Assembly: GCA_963818475.1 (NCBI GenBank)
Contig: CAWFSF010000006.1
Span: forward strand, 1,792,001 to 1,856,000
Reading direction: 5' to 3'
DNA length: 64,000 nucleotides
Origin: Nitrospirota bacterium
GTDB lineage: Bacteria; Nitrospirota; UBA9217
Shown: piece after piece, positions 60,266 to 64,000 of the stretch
Position numbering within the stretch: the first letter of the stretch is position 1
Layout of the letters: every line of letters starts with the position of its first letter
Notes under the pieces: generated by a model
What the model saw: only the letters and a program-made list of their open reading frames with translations
What the model was told of the DNA's origin: nothing
Databases searched by the model: none
Translations under genes and position numbers: made by a program

Positions 60266-61036
60266 TTACCACAACAGCGCAGACAGGAAATAATCCAGAA
60301 TAAGAATCAGCATGCACGACACCACCACGGCCCCGGTCGTCGCCTTGCCCACTCCTTCCGCCCCGCCCTCGGTATTGAATCCTTTGTAGCAGCCGATGAG
60401 ACCCACCACCGCGCCGAACACCAGCGCCTTGATCAGCCCGTACCATATGTCGGAGACCTCGGTATTGTCGATGCTCTGGTTCACATAGGTGACCGGGTTC
60501 GTGCCGAGCACCTTGACTCCCACGAAGTAACCGCCGGAAATGCCGATGAGCATACCCATCACCGTGAGAAAGAACATCATGATCGTGCTCGCAACGAACC
60601 GCGGGACCACCAGATACTTCATGGGGCTCGTGGCCAGGGTCTCCATGGCGTCGATCTGCTCGGTCACTTTCATGGTCCCCAGCTCCGCCGCCATGGACGC
60701 GCCGGCCCTGCCCGCAACCATGAGCCCCGTCAGAACGGGACCCAGCTCGCGCGTCATGGACAGCGAAACAACGGTGCCGATGAGCGATTCCGCCCCGAAG
60801 CGCTTGAACCCCGTGTAGCTCTGAAGCGCCAGCACCATGCCCGTGGAAAGGGCAGTGGTCAGAACGACCGGAATGGAATTCACGCCGATCAGCTCCATCT
60901 GCTTCAACAGGTTCCTCACATAAAAGGGGCCGCTCATGGTCGCGCGAAGGGTCTGGCCCAGGAACATGAGGACCCTGCCGATCTCGGTCACCACGTCGGA
61001 CGTTCTGCTGCCCAGCATCTCAAGCAAGCGGATCAT
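60266..61036 (-). CDS. mlaE: MlaE-type ABC permease
   Basis: RELGPVLT.L..AGR.G...AAELGTMKVTEQIDA and GGAEGVG.ATT.AVV. Confidence 0.95.
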   Translation of the reverse strand: MIRLLEMLGSRTSDVVTEIGRVLMFLGQTLRATMSGPFYVRNLLKQMELIGVNSIPVVLTTALSTGMVLALQSYTGFKRFGAESLIGTVVSLSMTRELGPVLTGLMVAGRAGASMAAELGTMKVTEQIDAMETLATSPMKYLVVPRFVASTIMMFFLTVMGMLIGISGGYFVGVKVLGTNPVTYVNQSIDNTEVSDIWYGLIKALVFGAVVGLIGCYKGFNTEGGAEGVGKATTGAVVVSCMLILILDYFLSALLW

Positions 61037-61120
61037 GAATGAGGCCACCTTTACATATCGCGCATTCGGTTTACACCGGGCCATCAGAAAGCAGCCCGAA
61101 CTTTTTGTTGCTGACTTGTC

Positions 61121-62271
61121 TTATACGGAGACCCGCGGCACCCTGGCGCTGATCCCGCACAGCACCTCGTAGGGGATCGTCCCGGTCTTTGCCGCAAGGT
61201 CGGCGGCAGTGATCTTCTCGCTGCCCGAGGAGCCGATAAGCACTACCTCGTCGCCTTCACGGACGCCGGGGACATCGGTGACGTCGAGCATGGTCATGTC
61301 CATGCAGACCCGTCCCGCTACGGGCACCCGGACTCCCCGGACGAGCGCCTCGCCGCAGTTCGAAAGGCTGCGGCTGAAGCCGTCGGCATAGCCGATCGGG
61401 ATCGTGGCGATCAGGCTCTCGCGCCCGGTCACAAAGGTCCTGCCATAGCTGACCGGCGTGCCTGCAGGGAGTTGTTTCAGCAAAAAGATCTTCGTCGCGA
61501 GCGACAGGACCGGCTGCAGATCGGCGCCCGATGCAGTTCCTTCCACCGGGTCGTAACCGTACAGCATGAGCCCGGGCCTGACCATCGTGAACAGCGCCCG
61601 CTGATAATCAAGGATCGCTGCGCTGTTGGCTGCATGGCGGAGCGGAATGGAGATCCCCCGGTCAGCGAGGGCCCCCAGGAGCGTCTCGAACCGGTCCATC
61701 TGTTGGGCGGCGAACGCCTTGTCCCTGAGATCGGCATCCGCGAAGTGCGTCATCAGGCCCTCGACCACGATACCCTCGAGCGCCATGAGTTCCTGGATCA
61801 GGTCCGGAGCGGCCTCCGGTGAAACACCGGTCCTGCCCATGCCGGTATCGATCTTCACATGCACGGCAATGCGCAGGGAGCGCTTTCGCGCTGCATCGGC
61901 CAGGGCGCGCGCGACCCTGCGTTCGAGAGCGCAGGCGTCAAACGCCATGCCGCGACCGCGTCGGCCTGCTCGGGGAATACCGGGCCCATGACCAGGACCG
62001 GAGCATCGATCCCGGCCTCGCGCAGTTCTCTTCCCTCTTCGACCAGGGCGACGCCGAGCATGTGCGCTCCGCATCCCAGCAAATGCCGCGCTACGGGAAT
62101 TAGTCCGTGTCCGTACGCACGCGCCTTCACCACGGCAAGCACCTTGCGCCCGCCGGCACGGCGCGTCACCTCTTCGAAGTTATGCGTGAGCGCACTGAGC
62201 GATATACGCGCCACCGTCGGCCGATCTGCGCCGGCTCCCGCAGGCAACCCGGGAACCGAATGCAGCCGCAT
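61121..62271 (-). CDS. alr: Alanine racemase (indels near 61920-61960)
   Basis: AVVKA.AYGHG, HVKIDTGMGR.G, THFA.AD, H.ANSA, GYADG, GRVCMD and TIPYE. Confidence 0.94.
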
Positions 62272-62471
62272 CAGTGGATGGTGCTCTCATTGATCTCCTC
62301 AAAGGCGCTGGATGCAGGCAGTATCTCTATCTTATCGAAAGACTGGGAACAGTCGAGGCAGTCCCAGTGATGAATGGTCCAGTATTCATAGTCCAGTTCG
62401 AGGCCATAGTCGTCTTCCTGGAAGAGGTTCGTTCCGCCGCAGTAAGGGCACATGATCGGTTCCGCCATCAT
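62271..62471 (-). CDS. Small acidic zinc-ribbon protein
   Basis: CPYCGG...WDCLDC; GGAGG RBS; stop overlaps the alr start (TGATG). Confidence 0.72.
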   Translation of the reverse strand: MMAEPIMCPYCGGTNLFQEDDYGLELDYEYWTIHHWDCLDCSQSFDKIEILPASSAFEEINESTIH

Positions 62472-62643
62472 TCCTCCGACATCCACGCACAGGATGCTGC
62501 AAAGCTGATACGGCAACGGGAGACTCGCCGTTGCCTTATGAGGACCGCAGCAGCATGAAAAATAAGCCGTTTTTCAGCATATTTGCTGAGTAACTGTATC
62601 ACAGCAAAGTTCATTTTGCAAAATAAATTTCGGCGGGGAGTGG

Positions 62644-63744
62644 TCAGGAACGGAGGATCTCCCGGAGGGCTTTCAAGAGACGCCGATTCTGCCACCAAGT
62701 CCGAACAGCGATCCTGATATAACGGTTATCGAGGCCGGGAAAGGAGGAACAGTCCCGGACCAGCAGGCCCCGCCTGCCGAGCCTGTCCGTGAGCAGCTGC
62801 GAATCGATCCCGGTGAGCTTGAGAAGAATATAATTTGCCGAGCTCGGAAAGGGTTCAACTTCTCCGATGAGGCGCAGGCTGGAGAGGAGACGGTCGCGTT
62901 CCCTGGCGATGTAACGGCGGGTCTTTGTTGCATAGCCCCAGTCGGTCAACGCTGCAATGGCCGCCCGCTCGGACGGGTAGTCTATGGTCCAGGGTTCCTG
63001 ACCACGGCGGAGCCGCCGGGCGGTCCCGGCCTCAGCGATCGCATAGCCGACCCGCAGACCGGGCATGCCATAGAACTTGGTAAACGCGCGGAGCACGATC
63101 AGGTTGGACGACTGCACCGCGTCCTTGGCCATGGAATGGTCATCCACAAAATCCATGAAAGCTTCGTCCACCACAAGACGCACGCCGTTCTCGCACGACA
63201 ATTTAAGGATCTCAAGCATTTCGGTTTTCGTGGTGAGCGCGCCGGTGGGATTATTGGGGTTGCAGAGAAAAACCATATCCACGCCCTTGAGCGCGAAGGA
63301 GAGGTCGAGGGGATCAACACGATAACCGTTCTGTTCCTGCAGCAGCAACGGTACGACTTCGCCACCGGCAGCCTCGACCGCTGAAGCATATTCAGAAAAG
63401 GTCGGCATCGGGATCAGGACCTTTTTCGGCTTGAACACGCGCGGGATAAGGTGGATCAGCGCGTTCGATCCGTTCCCGCAGACGACCTGTTCTGACTTGA
63501 TGCCGTAATAGCGGGCGATCGCGGCCCGGAGGTCGGACATGTCCGGATCGGGATAGCGGTCAATGCGGTCGATCGCCTTCCGGGCCGCACGCCTGGCCGC
63601 AGGCGACGGCCCCAGCGGGTTGATGCTGGAACTGAAATCGACAACGGTCTTTTCCGCTATGCCGTAGCGCTGAACCGCCTCGCGGATGTTCCCGCCATGG
63701 GTCCTCGGATTTTGCTGTTTCTGTGCTCCCTGCATCATTCCCAT
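62644..63744 (-). CDS. cobD: Threonine-phosphate decarboxylase CobD (HisC-like PLP enzyme)
   Basis: HGGN, DFSSSINPLG, YPD, GNGS, CNPNNPTG, DEAFMDF, TKFYGMPGLRVGY and RDCSSF.GL. Confidence 0.85.
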   Translation of the reverse strand: MGMMQGAQKQQNPRTHGGNIREAVQRYGIAEKTVVDFSSSINPLGPSPAARRAARKAIDRIDRYPDPDMSDLRAAIARYYGIKSEQVVCGNGSNALIHLIPRVFKPKKVLIPMPTFSEYASAVEAAGGEVVPLLLQEQNGYRVDPLDLSFALKGVDMVFLCNPNNPTGALTTKTEMLEILKLSCENGVRLVVDEAFMDFVDDHSMAKDAVQSSNLIVLRAFTKFYGMPGLRVGYAIAEAGTARRLRRGQEPWTIDYPSERAAIAALTDWGYATKTRRYIARERDRLLSSLRLIGEVEPFPSSANYILLKLTGIDSQLLTDRLGRRGLLVRDCSSFPGLDNRYIRIAVRTWWQNRRLLKALREILRS

Positions 63745-63828
63745 TACATCACATTCCCTGTTCTGCAATGCCAGCTCCATTTCAATTTCGGATTTCGAAT
63801 GGAACCGTCGAGCATGATTACCGTACTG

Positions 63829-64000
63829 CTACAGCTCCGCCGCAAGATCCGGGAAACGCTCCTCCATGAACCGTACGGCGGTCTGCCGGGACCGTTCCGC
63901 TGTCGGTTGGGCGATCACCAGCGCATGCCAGCTCAAGTGCGTCCTGCATGCGCACCGATCTGATCACTTTTTTTACCCAGGGAATCGATGCCACGTTCAT
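63829..64000 (-). CDS. ptsI: C-terminal end of a PEP-protein phosphotransferase (enzyme I), partial, one indel
   Basis: MNVASIPWVKKVIRS...A.ELA matches the EI C-terminal SM...IP.VK..IR motif. Confidence 0.65.

Overview
This is a GC-rich bacterial chromosomal segment from a diderm anaerobe. The gene content suggests Nitrospirota or Desulfobacterota, which is an inference. Many single-base indels split even essential genes (lon, alr, V-ATPase A), so they are read as long-read errors. Housekeeping content includes lsrF, gpsA-larB-larC-nadE-rsmI, pyk, fdhF with AsrA/AsrB-like partners, rubrerythrin, a complete V/A-type ATPase operon, thiL, lon, galU, mlaEFD, alr, cobD and the end of ptsI. Four things stand out. 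(1) A two-armed cluster at 25.1-34.6 kb has a BchE-like and a second B12-radical SAM enzyme, system II cytochrome c maturation genes with a divergent WWD motif, two paralogous NYxHDxAT membrane proteins and an FTR1-DUF2318 fusion. It also hides a UGA-recoded selenocysteine (UxxC) thioredoxin lipoprotein, and is a candidate modified-heme cytochrome maturation system. (2) Two GxxExxY genes are each bracketed by their own family of 30-bp inverted repeats. Many gene-less copies of these and related repeats sit at operon junctions, suggesting a nuclease-associated mobile hairpin system. (3) A CbcL-like nonaheme c/cytochrome b pair is co-oriented with UbiE and a third B12-radical SAM enzyme. (4) One protein carries recently duplicated zinc-ribbon repeats. 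No rRNA, tRNA, CRISPR array or transposase was seen.
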